A stretch of DNA of 63,417 nucleotides, the filler included, from Octopus bimaculoides (Eukaryota), in assembly GCF_001194135.2 (NCBI RefSeq). It is 10 parts of 8 records of this genome, joined end to end, with 100 filler letters (N's around TTAATTAATTAA, not from the genome) between each part and the next. Parts side by side here need not be neighbours in the genome. Positions count along the whole stretch, not along the records: positions 41,884 to 48,508 come from NC_069004.1; positions 48,609 to 54,955 come from NC_068981.1; positions 55,056 to 61,251 come from NC_068982.1; 7 more parts are not named here. One strand, written 5' to 3'. Positions 44,069 to 55,415 of the stretch are shown in pieces (the stretch's first letter is position 1; every line of letters starts with the position of its first letter). Under the pieces are notes generated by a model that did not search any database, had not been told where the DNA came from, and worked only from the letters and a program-made list of their open reading frames with translations. The position numbers were made by a program, and so were the translations under genes.

Positions 44069-44080
44069 TCTTTTCTTTAG

Positions 44081-44267
44081 GCTTCATCACAACAAGGTAC
44101 CATACATCAAGATGGCTGGGGCCAAATCAACAGGCCCCTCTACCCTGTCCTTGTGTTCATTCACGGTGGGGGATTTGTCATGGGGACATCTCAGCAATAC
44201 CCTGGTTTGTTCTTGGCTGAACGCAACGTTGTTGTCATCACAATGAACTATCGACTGAATGCCCTTG
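44081..44267 (+). CDS. Internal exon (phase 0-1) of the same carboxylesterase-fold gene
   Basis: Acceptor ttcttttctttAG, donor GTAAGT at 44268. Encodes ASSQQGTIHQDGWGQINRPLYPVLVFIHGGGFVMGTSQQYPGLFLAERNVVVITMNYRLNAL-G, with PVxVFIHGGG (oxyanion loop) and VVITxNYRL. In frame with the previous exon. Confidence 0.95.
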
Positions 44268-44464
44268 GTAAGTACTTCACAGGGGGTTACAATGGGGATG
44301 CAGTGTGGGTGGTGATGCGATTGTTGTTGTTGTTTAACCCCGGGTTAAACTTTATTGAGTGGACTTATGGTCAAAGGTATTCCATATGTGACAGTCCAGT
44401 TATTTATTTTTCTGTTTGGAGGGAACTCAAGACTGCACTGTTCAATGTGCATCCTTGGTCTTTT

Positions 44465-44852
44465 TTTTAAAAAGTCAGGTGTGGTTTGAGGGAGAATTAG
44501 TTGCTATTTCTAGCAGGTTGACTGACCTCATAGAGGCTTCTTTGAGGATCAGGTGGAGGAGTGATGTGGCATAATGGTGTAGGGCAGTGGTTCTTTTAAA
44601 AAGTCAGGTGTGGTTTGAGGGAGAATTAGTTGCTATTTCTAGCAGGTTGACTGACCTCGTAGAGGCTTCTTTGAGGATCAGGTGGAGGAGTGATGTGGCA
44701 TAATGGTGTAGGGCAGTGGTTCTTTTAAAAAGTCAGGTGTGGTTTGAGGGAGATTTAGTTGCTATTTCTAGCAGGTTGACTGACCTCATAGAGGCTTCTT
44801 TGAGGATCAGGTGGAGGAGTGATGTGGCATAATGGTGTAGGGCAGTGGTTCT
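44465..44852. repeat. Tandem repeat, 3 x 129 bp, nearly identical units
   Basis: AAAAAGTCAGGTGTGGTTTGAGGGAG starts at 44469, 44598 and 44727. Confidence 0.95.
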
Positions 44853-45411
44853 CAACCAGGGTTCATATGGCCCCTGAGGGTCTATATAAGAGTTTTGGGG
44901 ATCCATAAAACAATAATAAAATTGGGGATCCACAATAAGGGCTCCTGAAAAACCTTTTGCTTTAGATGTATCTTGTATTGGTATGTATTGCAAAGAAACA
45001 GCTGGGTTTCTTTCTCTAACATTTTACAGAGTTCAACCTACACAAATTAATGGGTGACAAACAAAATGGATTTTGAAAGACATCTCTATGAAACTAGTTT
45101 TTAAATATCAAATGGCTATGGGGGTTCACCGGAATAGAATAGTAACCAAAGGGGTCCATAGACAGATAATAGTTGAGAACCCCTGCTTTAGATGTATGTA
45201 TTGGTATGTATTGCAAGAAACAACTGGGTTTCTTTTTCTAATGTTTTACAATTCATCCTACAAAAGTTAATGTGTGAATAGCAAAATAAGAATTTTGAAA
45301 GAAGTTTGAATAAACTAATTTTTAAATGGCTATGGGGGTGGGGTCCACCAGAATAAAATAATAACCAGAGCGGTTCTTAGGTTAAAAAAGAAAAGTGGTT
45401 GAGAAGCCCTG
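44843..45411. mobile_element. hAT-type MITE with an internal ~230-bp tandem duplication of its right part
   Basis: Left TIR CAGTGGTTCTCAACC. Right TIR-like ends at 45171-45185 and 45397-45411. TSD GTGTAGGG (44835-44842) / GTGTTGGG (45412-45419), 7/8. Confidence 0.75.
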
Positions 45412-45489
45412 GTGTTGGGGTATCGAATGGTATTGTAGAGTGTTTTGGTGTAGTAAGTGCGTTGTGCATGGCTTTGTACAGTGCAGTAT

Positions 45490-45650
45490 GGTCTGGAGCC
45501 AGAGATTTTGTAGGAAAATCTGTTTACGATCTAATGAAACAACTCCCAATCTCTGGGAAGAATAGGACCAAAGTCCTAAAGGCAATATCAGAGACAGAGA
45601 AGAGATGTTCTATCTGGATCTGGTCGAAGAGGAATAAAAACGACCGCCAG
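45490..45650 (+). mobile_element. 3' fragment of an RLE-type LINE, HERO-like
   Basis: GARDFVGKSVYDLMKQLPISGKNRTKVLKAISETEKRCSIWIWSKRN resembles the VEVGxRGFV..AExxSxWIWxRR C-terminus of HERO-type elements (recalled motif). Confidence 0.6.
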
Positions 45651-46137
45651 ACTGATTTTAGCATTTTAATGCTAAGGGAAATAACTCTGAATGAATCGTT
45701 GTGAGAGCATTGACCATTCACCGCTACCATGACAACCAGTTTCTGAGTCTCTGATATACAAGTGGCTAAAAGGTACCAGCAGAAGGGTACCCATTCCCAG
45801 CCTTTCTCCTATAATGTGAAGTGCTGTGTAGCCCCTCTACTGCAAGAAATCTGTTCTGGTTCCTTCTCTCACTTTAACCCTCCATCCCATAACAAAGCTG
45901 TCTTCCTCCCCACTGTACTCCCACTCAGTTTAAGCGGATCTTAGTCTTAGACGTTGCCCAGTAACCTCACTAGTGCTGGTGCTTCAGAAAATGCACCTGC
46001 TGTAAGAGTGATTGGGGTTAGGAAGAGTATCTAGCTATAGGAGCCATGCCAGAATAGGCATTGGAGTGTGATGTTGTACTCAGACCTGTTGGATTCTGTC
46101 ATCTCATCCAAACCAAATTGAGGAGTAGGCTCAACAA

Positions 46138-46446
46138 GCCAGCATGATCTCAGGCTTAAATTCATGGCCTCTACATCAGACCGCGGTTGGTGATGAGAAT
46201 GTGCTGAAGCCTTTGTCCTGCAGTGGATTGAATATAGGCAATCCATCCTGAGGTCAGGCTTTGGTATGAGTAGAAAAACTGCATCCCCCCCTGCCAAGCC
46301 ATGTTGAGCCAGTGTGGCAGAGTGGACTCATCAAACCAGTATGATATCAGGCTCAAATTCATGGCCTCCACATCAGACTGTGGTTGGTGGAGAGAACATG
46401 CTGAGGTCTTCGTCCGGCAGAGCACTGAGAATAGGCAATCCAATCC
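46138..46446. repeat. Diverged direct repeat, ~110-bp units about 196 bp apart
   Basis: CCAGyATGATmTCAGGCTyAAATTCATGGCCTCyACATCAGACyGyGGTTGGTG occurs twice. It is mirrored by two similar minus-strand ORF translations (QPxSDVEAMNLSL). Confidence 0.85.
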
Positions 46447-46631
46447 AGGGCTTTTTAATCCAATATGTCACATGCAATTATCTATAGCTTTATCTGATGA
46501 GGAATTCACCGTTCCAAACAAAGAATTATTTCACGTTCTTGAATTTGCTAAACTCTAACGATGTCAACAAGTCATGTTATTGTTTTTTTTTGTATTTTTA
46601 AAAAAAATTTTTTTTTTTTTTTGTATTTCAG

Positions 46632-46817
46632 GTTTCTTGAGTACCGAAGACCAATTGGCACCTGGGAACTATGGAATGTGGGACCAGGTGCGTGCACTGC
46701 TTTTCATCAAGAATAACATCAGGAACTTCCAAGGTGACCCGAACAAGATCACCATAGCTGGTCATGATGCAGGCGCTGCAAGCGTGGGAATACATTTACT
46801 CTCACCTCAGTCACAAA
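46632..46817 (+). CDS. Internal exon (phase 1-1) of the same gene; nucleophile elbow reads GHDAG (no catalytic Ser)
   Basis: Acceptor ttttgtatttcAG, donor GTAAAA at 46818. Encodes (G)FLSTEDQLAPGNYGMWDQVRALLFIKNNIRNFQGDPNKITIAGHDAGAASVGIHLLSPQSQ, with GFLST, PGNYGxWDQ and FxGDPxxIT motifs. Confidence 0.95.
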
Positions 46818-46939
46818 GTAAAACATTATTATTATTACTATTAGTATTATTATTATTATTATTATTATTAAGGTGGCAAGCTAGCAGAAACATGTGGTTC
46901 GTAATGTTTATTATACATTTGATACATATATGTATGGTG

Positions 46940-47197
46940 GAAGTGCAATGACCCAGTGGTTAGGGCAGCAGACTTGCAGTCATAGGATCAAGGTTTCGAT
47001 TCCCCGATCGGGCGTTGTGAGTATTTATTGAGCAAAAACACCTAAAGTTCCACAAGCTTTGGCAGGGGGGGTGGTAGCGAACCCTGCTGTACTCTTTCAC
47101 CACAACTTTCTCTCACTTTTTCTTCCCGTTTCTGTTGAACCTGTATCTCAAAGGGGACAGCCTTGTCACACTCTGTGTCACGCTGAATCTCCCCGAG
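46940..47197 (+). mobile_element. SINE family C, 5' part (tRNA-like head CCCAGTGGTTAGGGCAG..GGTTTCGATTCC)
   Basis: Overlaps in sequence with the 3' part seen at 27250-27556. A related tRNA-type head lies at 43711-43855. Confidence 0.75.
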
Positions 47198-47701
47198 NNN
47201 NNNNNNNNNNNNNNNNNNNNNNNNNNNNNNNNNNNNNNNNNNNNNNNNNNNNNNNNNNNNNNNNNNNNNNNNNNNNNNNNNNNNNNNNNNNNNNNNNNNN
47301 NNNNNNNNNNNNNNNNNNNNNNNNNNNNNNNNNNNNNNNNNNNNNNNNNNNNNNNNNNNNNNNNNNNNNNNNNNNNNNNNNNNNNNNNNNNNNNNNNNNN
47401 NNNNNNNNNNNNNNNNNNNNNNNNNNNNNNNNNNNNNNNNNNNNNNNNNNNNNNNNNNNNNNNNNNNNNNNNNNNNNNNNNNNNNNNNNNNNNNNNNNNN
47501 NNNNNNNNNNNNNNNNNNNNNNNNNNNNNNNNNNNNNNNNNNNNNNNNNNNNNNNNNNNNNNNNNNNNNNNNNNNNNNNNNNNNNNNNNNNNNNNNNNNN
47601 NNNNNNNNNNNNNNNNNNNNNNNNNNNNNNNNNNNNNNNNNNNNNNNNNNNNNNNNNNNNNNNNNNNNNNNNNNNNNNNNNNNNNNNNNNNNNNNNNNNN
47701 N

Positions 47702-48024
47702 TATATGTTCTCAGTAAAAATTCAGCGACACAACAGACTGTAAAAGGGCAAGACAAATGAAAAAATACTAAATAAAAAAACGATTAACCCACGTACCATG
47801 GTTTCACCTGTTAAAATTTACATAAGTAAATATCTGCAGGATCGTCAGCGTAGTCCGTCGATTCGCAATGCAATTTGCTGACGATCCTGCAGATATTTAC
47901 TTATGTAAATTTTAACAGGTGAAACCATGGTACGTAGGTTAATCGTTTTTTTATTTAGTATTTTTTCATTTGTCTTGCCCTTTTACAGTCTGTTGTGTCG
48001 CTGAATTTTTACTGAGAACATATA
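47702..48024. repeat. Fold-back inverted repeat: 148-bp arms (1 mismatch seen), 27-bp spacer
   Basis: 47702-47849 is the reverse complement of 47877-48024. Outer ends TATATGTTCTCAG / CTGAGAACATATA. The left arm begins at a gap edge. Confidence 0.95.
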
Positions 48025-48150
48025 TTTTTTTTTCGTGGTTAGATGATTCGGCATCTATTTCTAGCATATAGGAGTTCACTTTTGTTGGTCATTCCTCTTA
48101 TTTTTGTATGTAATATGTATGTACGTATGTGTATATACATATATATATGT

Positions 48151-48508
48151 CTGTACCCCTGCTGGCAACAAAGGGACTCTCACTCAGAGTAAAAGGCAGA
48201 CTGTATGACGCATGCGTACGAACAGCCATGCTACATGGCAGTGAAACATGGGCTGTAACTGCTGAGGACATATGTAAGCTCACAAGGAATGAAGCCAGTA
48301 TGCTCCGTTGGATGTGTAATGTTAATGTGAATACCCGTCAGAGTGTAAGTATCTTGAGAGAAAAGCTGAACATTAGAAGCATCAGTTGTGGTGTGCAAGA
48401 GAGACGATTGCGCTGGTATGGACATGTGGTGAGAATGGATGAGGATAGCTGCGTGAAAAAGTGCCACACCCTAACAGTTGAGGGAACCCGTGGAAGAGGT
48501 AGGCCCAG
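48151..48508 (+). mobile_element. RTE-clade LINE ORF2 C-terminal fragment
   Basis: KGRLYDACVRTAMLHGSETW..MLRWMCNV..RRLRWYGHVVRMDEDSCVKK..VEGTRGRGRP is the typical RTE post-RT region. Confidence 0.9.
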
Positions 48509-48608
48509 NNNNNNNNNNNNNNNNNNNNNNNNNNNNNNNNNNNNNNNNNNNNTTAATTAATTAANNNNNNNNNNNNNNNNNNNNNNNNNNNNNNNNNNNN
48601 NNNNNNNN

Positions 48609-49203
48609 ATTTTTGCAGTTCTATGGTGGTTATTTTATAATAGTTTTCCAGCTGTATAAGACCCCTGCCACCTTCTGTGCGTTGTATATATAGCCTTTCT
48701 ATGTCAGATTTTGGGTGGTGCATCCTATATCCTGTCATTATTTTTCTTGTTTTCCTGTCTATTTTAGATAGTTCGTTTAGTGTCCAGTTAAGGATATTGT
48801 AGCTGTAGCTTATAACTGGGACAGCTAAAGTGTTAATACCTATTATCTTGTTTTTAGCATTGAGCTCTGTTTTTAGTATTGATCTAACTCGTCTATAGTA
48901 CTCTTTCTTTATTTTTCTTTCATTTGTGTGTGTTGTATCATATCTACTTCATTGACTCCTAAATATTTGTATGGTTGCCTTTCGTCTAGTTCTCTTATTT
49001 CATTGGCTTTATCTAGTGTGATGTTGCTACTTTTAACTAATTTTCCTCTTTTCAGGGTTGCTTTGGCACATTTTTCTAATCCGAATTTCATATCTATTTC
49101 CTTGGTAAAGCCATGTAGTGTCTGTAGTAGTGTTTCCAGCTCTTTGTCATTTTTAGCGTATAATTTTAGGTCATCCATATATAAAAGGTGGCTGACTGTT
49201 TTC
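48609..49203 (-). mobile_element. R4/Dong-like (RLE-type) non-LTR retrotransposon RT fragment
   Basis: SHLLYMDDLKLY..MKFGLEKCAKATLKRGK..YKYLGV, then KIMTGYRMHHPKSDIERLYIQRTEGGRGLIQLE. Contains a stop and a frameshift; truncated by a gap. Confidence 0.9.
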
Positions 49204-49232
49204 CCTTAACGTTTGTTTATTGCAATTTCGCA

Positions 49233-49266
<34 letters not shown>

Positions 49267-49307
49267 CTATATACACACTTTCGCATATATAATGGCAATT
49301 TCGCACC

Positions 49308-49339
<32 letters not shown>

Positions 49340-49341
<2 letters not shown>

Positions 49342-49903
49342 GAGTGAGAGAGTAGTGCATGCCATCAAAGTGACACTGGGGTAAAATATACGGGGCCCNN
49401 NNNNNNNNAGTGCATGCCATCAAAGTGACACTGGGGTAAAATATACGGGGCCCATTATACCCATCATGTCTACATTTGTGATAAGGGTACACCAGGCACA
49501 TGCATCACAGCCATATTTGCATGACAACCATAAACAGCGCATGACCTTGCAGGTGGGGCTCAGTTAGAATTTTCTTCAGGTCGTGTAGCCCTTCCCGCTT
49601 AAAAGGTCCCTGAATAAAGTTTGTTTAAGGAAGTTGAGCAAACCACCTATATTTCCAAAGGTGAATTATTCAAACCCCAAAGAATTCCTCTCAGCACATG
49701 ACTATGATGCTCCCTCACTACTTCTGCTCATGATCAGAGATGCACATATCGTCAGCCACCAAGGGACACGCTCAACTGGTTAAGGTCAAACAACTGACAA
49801 GCAAATCTGTGGTATTNNNNNNNNNNGCTCAACTGGTTAAGGTCAAACAACTGACAAGCAAATCTGTGGTATTAAGCAGAATATTTGCTGTAGCCCATCT
49901 TAT

Positions 49904-49905
<2 letters not shown>
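49340..49905 (-). mobile_element. Interspersed repeat family E (unclassified)
   Basis: AATATTTGCTGTAGCCCATCTT (near 49880-49900) is close to the reverse complement of AAGATGGGCTACAGCAAAATTT at about 363-385, part of a copy at 270-395. Confidence 0.55.
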
Positions 49906-49968
<63 letters not shown>

Positions 49969-50633
49969 TCATCCTCATATCGTCATCATTATCATAATTA
50001 TTGCATTTATGTCCGGGCTGCTCAGACCTCTAACATCAATACATCATGTTTTCTTCATATTTCCTGTAATTTATCGACGTGAGTTGAAAATTTATTGTTT
50101 AAGACCTTCTCCGGAAAACGAAGGTTAAAATGTTGTCAGAAATATCGAACAGCAAAACATCAATCGTATTCTCATCATAAGGCAGAGCAGTGTCCATGAA
50201 CACAGCATTGTCTATGTTACAATGCCTATCTGTCTGCTTAAACTTTGAGCGATACATCATTCAAGATTGACAAAAGCTGAGTAAAGCTCAAAGTTACTGC
50301 TCGTTATTGATATTTCTTAAAACTCCAATAATGCTCAAGGAAAACTGAAAGATTCCCCGAAGAAGAAATGAAATGTTGTGAGTTTTGCCTGTGGCGTTTT
50401 GTAAAACTAGATTACATACTTCGAAGGGAAATCCTTGATTTTGCAGAGGTGTACATGAGAAGGCACAAACAATAACGACAACAATATGTATGTGAATAAA
50501 TGGCATAAATAAACAAAAAAATTATACCAGGTTACGTACGCATATATGTGCACACCCATTCATGGAACTATTAGCATGTCACTTAGATTAATATGAAGTG
50601 GGTTTGGTTGACGGAAACTGTATGAAGCCCTTC

Positions 50634-50673
<40 letters not shown>

Positions 50674-51717
50674 NNNNNNNNNNNNNNNNNNNNNNNNNNN
50701 NNNNNNNNNNNNNNNNNNNNNNNNNNNNNNNNNNNNNNNNNNNNNNNNNNNNNNNNNNNNNNNNNNNNNNNNNNNNNNNNNNNNNNNNNNNNNNNNNNNN
50801 NNNNNNNNNNNNNNNNNNNNNNNNNNNNNNNNNNNNNNNNNNNNNNNNNNNNNTGTGTGTGTGTGTGTGTGTATGTGCGTGTGCCTGCGTGTGTGTGTCT
50901 GTCTGTGTGTCTGTGTTTGTCCCCACTATCGCTTGACAACCGATGTTGGTGTGTTTACGTCCTCATACATTAGCTGTTCGACTAAAGAGGCCGATAGAAT
51001 AAGTCCTGGGGTCGATTTGTTCGACAAAAGTCTGTGTTCCAGCATGGCTGCAGTCAGGTGACTGAAAAAAGACAAAGCGTAAAAGTGTAAAAGATTAATT
51101 GTTCCGGCTCTCAGCGTTCCCAATTCAAAACTTGCCGATATCAACTTTCCTTATATTTTTAGAGCAGTAAAGTACAAATGCATTACTTTATTGAGTTAGT
51201 GTCAAGTTTTTCCTTATTCTTTTTTTTTCATTCTGATCGTTTTTTTCTTTCATGTCAGACCTGGAGAGATATAAGCTTTCCCAGGTCTAAAAATACCCAT
51301 GTATGCCGTATGCCACGATGGTTCATCTGGTGAGCCATCAAGGATCTAAAGGCTTATGGCGATATGGAAAATATACACTCATGCAATTTGTTCGATTTCT
51401 CTTAATTAACTCACCAAATTTGTTCTGCATACCTTAACTGAATCTGAAGAAACACGAACTCTTTGAACCCGCATGAAGCAATATCTCTTCCTGTATTCCA
51501 TGAAGAATATTCGTATACTAATATGAGAGTTTATTTGAAGAAAATAATAGAGCATTTGTAACTTTCTACCTATAAAAAATGAATCATTACGCACACAAAC
51601 TCATATATATATGTATATATACGTGTGTGTATACATATGTATATGTATACATAATACATCCTTTTGTTGTTTACTCTACCTGTCCTCGTCTGTTGTTTTT
51701 TTTCGCAAATTCTCCCA

Positions 51718-51755
<38 letters not shown>

Positions 51756-52237
51756 AACAAATAATAAATGAGTATATGCATATATACGTACAGGTATGCG
51801 CATACCTACGTCTACCTGTATATATAGGTGCGTATCTGGGTGCAGGACATTGCAAACAAAATGTAGACAAGAAAATAATAATAACCAGAGTACAGAAAAC
51901 ACACAAGCCACATAGAGAACATTTTACTTCATCAGCTACCCCCGTTTTAACACCGTCGTTTCGAAGAGTTGGGCAGGACGCATCGTTAAAACGACTCTTC
52001 CCATGGACCGCAAATTAAATTTGTATACACAAATTAAACCTGTGCCATGGAGGAATGTAGTGGCGGACTAAAAACAAGACAGGAAAACAAACGGAAAGGC
52101 TATACGGCCAGACGTGAAAAATTATGTGTATATGAACGCTGTGAGGCACGAACTTGAAAGTGGGGACGAAGTAAGTTCGCGTGTTTGCTCGGCGATGTAT
52201 GTATGTATGTATGTATGTATGTATGTATGTATGTATG

Positions 52238-52620
52238 TCTGACAGCCATGACTGGGTTCTCCTGCTTATGTCGCATGGTGCAGATTCCTGCTGCCAGACA
52301 TAGCGTTTTTCAGTAGCCACCCTCTTGACCCAAGGCAGCACTACATATTTCAGGCGTTGAGTCTGAGGTCGTGGGTGAAGAGGAATGGAGACATAACGTC
52401 GGCATCACTACTGGTCTCTCCATACTCCAACATATTGACTGGATGTTTGATTTTTATCACTCTCGGTACATTTCCTCAGATTGCACTGTCCTCAAATTGA
52501 CACTCAAACACTCTGTAATGTTCGTATTTGAGCTTCCGGCACGAATGCCAAGCAGTACAGCATGTCCTTTGCAAATTTGTAGCAGAGTGAATTGCGTCAT
52601 GGTGCTGTTTTGCTGAGAGA
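52238..52620 (-). mobile_element. Tc1/mariner-superfamily transposase relic
   Basis: GDVMSPFLFTHDLRLNA*..VLPWVKRVATEKRYVWQQESAPCDISRRTQSWLSD matches the WQQDSAPxH catalytic-D region, now degenerate and cut off by (TATG)n. Confidence 0.8.
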
Positions 52621-53378
52621 CGGTGCCCAACTGACCTTACTATACTGTGTAGTTGACAAAACCAAACAAATAATGTGCGAAATTATGCATCCTTCATTTC
52701 TGGGTAAAGAAGACAACCGATTTTTTTTTGAGTGAAGTAATTTCATAATTGTCTCAGAAACATAATACTCAAATTCCTTTGTCATTATTAAAATAAAAGA
52801 TAAGGTAGCGTGTTGGCAGAATTCTTAGCAAGCCGGGCGAAATGCTAAGCGGTATTTCTGAGTTCAAATTGGGCCGAGGTCGAATTTGCTTTTCATTCTC
52901 ACTTGCGTTCTGGGATCGATCTAATCGATTCCGCCCCCAGGCCCAGTATTTCAGGCCGTGCGCCTATAGTAGAAAGGATTATTAAAATAATAGATAGGCT
53001 AGAAATGAAACACAGAGGACTAAATATCAGAATCTTTACAAGAAGAGAATTAGAAAGGGACACTAATGTTTCTAACAACTTGGCACTAACTAATTTATTG
53101 TGTCTGTGATTTGTCGAAGAAATGAAATGAAATTTCTTGACACTTCACAACATGTTGATGTATGAATCAAAATATAGTACGAGTGTAAATTTTTTGGTCT
53201 TAAGAGACAAAAATGACTTTACAACTCACTGTGTAATGGTACGTAATGTGTGTATAGATATAATTGTGTGTATACCTGTATATATGTATATATATATGTT
53301 CGTTTACAATTATAGTTAAGTTTATCTTTCTACATTACATAGACAAACACACGTATCCTCCCCATATATATATATATA

Positions 53379-53589
53379 CAGTATTCCTTCCCCATATCGC
53401 GGTTCACCTATCGCGCACTCCATACATCGCTGATTTTTTTCTGTCTGATGTATGTAAATTTATGTCGCGGACTCCCCAGTATATTGCGGGTTTCTACGAC
53501 CGATAGAAATTTATACTTTTTTAGATTTTCATTATTTCTGTGGGAGGTTTTGGAATGTAACACCTGCGATAGTCGAGATCGAGGGATTA

Positions 53590-53592
<3 letters not shown>
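53379..53592. mobile_element. pogo/Tigger-like MITE in a TA context
   Basis: TA-CAGTATTCC... and ...GAGGGATTACTG-TA: imperfect CAGTAATCCCTC-type TIRs with a TA TSD. Confidence 0.55.
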
Positions 53593-53623
<31 letters not shown>

Positions 53624-54424
53624 NNNNNNNNNNNNNNNNNNNNNNNNNNNNNNNNNNNNNNNNNNNNNNNNNNNNNNNNNNNNNNNNNNNNNNNNNNNNN
53701 NNNNNNNNNNNNNNNNNNNNNNNNNNNNNNNNNNNNNNNNNNNNNNNNNNNNNNNNNNNNNNNNNNNNNNNNNNNNNNNNNNNNNNNNNNNNNNNNNNNN
53801 NNNNNNNNNNNNNNNNNNNNNNNNNNNNNNNNNNNNNNNNNNNNNNNNNNNNNNNNNNNNNNNNNNNNNNNNNNNNNNNNNNNNNNNNNNNNNNNNNNNN
53901 NNNNNNNNNNNNNNNNNNNNNNNNNNNNNNNNNNNNNNNNNNNNNNNNNNNNNNNNNNNNNNNNNNNNNNNNNNNNNNNNNNNNNNNNNNNNNNNNNNNN
54001 NNNNNNNNNNNNNNNNNNNNNNNNNNNNNNNNNNNNNNNNNNNNNNNNNNNNNNNNNNNNNNNNNNNNNNNNNNNNNNNNNNNNNNNNNNNNNNNNNNNN
54101 NNNNNNNNNNNNNNNNNNNNNNNNNNNNNNNNNNNNNNNNNNNNNNNNNNNNNNNNNNNNNNNNNNNNNNNNNNNNNNNNNNNNNNNNNNNNNNNNNNNN
54201 NNNNNNNNNNNNNNNNNNNNNNNNNNNNNNNNNNNNNNNNNNNNNNNNNNNNNNNNNNNNNNNNNNNNNNNNNNNNNNNNNNNNNNNNNNNNNNNNNNNN
54301 NNNNNNNNNNNNNNNNNNNNNNNNNNNNNNNNNNNNNNNNNNNNNNNNNNNNNNNNNNNNNNNNNNNNNNNNNNNNNNNNATACGCAGATACAGACACAC
54401 ACGCGCGCACACGCACACGCGCGC

Positions 54425-54473
<49 letters not shown>

Positions 54474-55055
54474 TATATATATACTACATATGTGGGAAAT
54501 TCTGTCTGTGGGTATGTTTGTGGAGTTGTTAGCTAATTCCTCTTACATCATTTTATCGATTTTGATGAAACTTGACACGTGAGTAGAACTCATGTCTCGA
54601 AACCGCTTGGTATAGTCATGGCAGTTTTCGGTTAGTGACGTATTCACGAATATACCAACACTAGCGCCGCTGCGGGTGATATTCTCTGGGAACGCACAAA
54701 AGCCCTTTTCAGAGTTATTCACTTTGATTTCTTGTTATCTCATATCTGATTAGCCTGTTATTACGTAACATCTTTCACGATTTTAGTATACATACTTTAT
54801 TAATATTTCCTCCTAAGTTTTATATACTCTTGGAAGGCATTAAAGCCCTTTTCTGGGCTTCATTTTAATTCTTTTCGGGGCTTTATTTGAATTCGTACTA
54901 TCGGCTAACTAATTTCATGTTATTACATAATTGACTTCACAATTTGGGTATTCGTNNNNNNNNNNNNNNNNNNNNNNNNNNNNNNNNNNNNNNNNNNNNT
55001 TAATTAATTAANNNNNNNNNNNNNNNNNNNNNNNNNNNNNNNNNNNNNNNNNNNN

Positions 55056-55271
55056 CACCATTTCGAGCGTGGCCGTTTTCGTGCGGGTGACACGTAAAAG
55101 CACCCACTACACTCTCTGAGTGGTTGGCGTTAGGAAGGGCATCCAGCTGTAGAAACTCTGCCAAATCAGACTGGAGCCTGGTGTTGCCATCCGGTTTCAC
55201 CAGTCCTCAGTCAAATCGTCCAACCCATGCTAGCATGGAAAGCGGACGTTAAACGATGATGATGATGATGA

Positions 55272-55275
<4 letters not shown>
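55056..55275 (+). mobile_element. Interspersed repeat family D (RTE-like 3' tail ending CCCATGCTAGCATGGAAAGCGGACGTTAAAC(GAT)n)
   Basis: Copies at 58548-58758(+), 58020-58270(-), 33235-33445(-), partial near 45890-46030. Confidence 0.75.
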
Positions 55276-55323
<48 letters not shown>

Positions 55324-55415
55324 GTATGTATGCATGTATGTATGTATGTTAAATTCAGCTTACATTGAAAGTCAACAAACAAAGTTTGCTTTAGAAGCGC
55401 TGAGATGTATTGAAA

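Noticed and set aside
49350-49873. Exact ~45-bp direct repeats either side of 10-N gaps (also near 20230-20380)
   Set aside because: Typical unmerged overlapping contig ends; assembly artifact.
54495-54790. Segment with TCGATTTTGATGAAACTTGACAC reminiscent of Helentron-associated (HINE/DINE-like) elements
   Set aside because: No subterminal IRs or 3' hairpin could be delimited; resemblance is from memory only.
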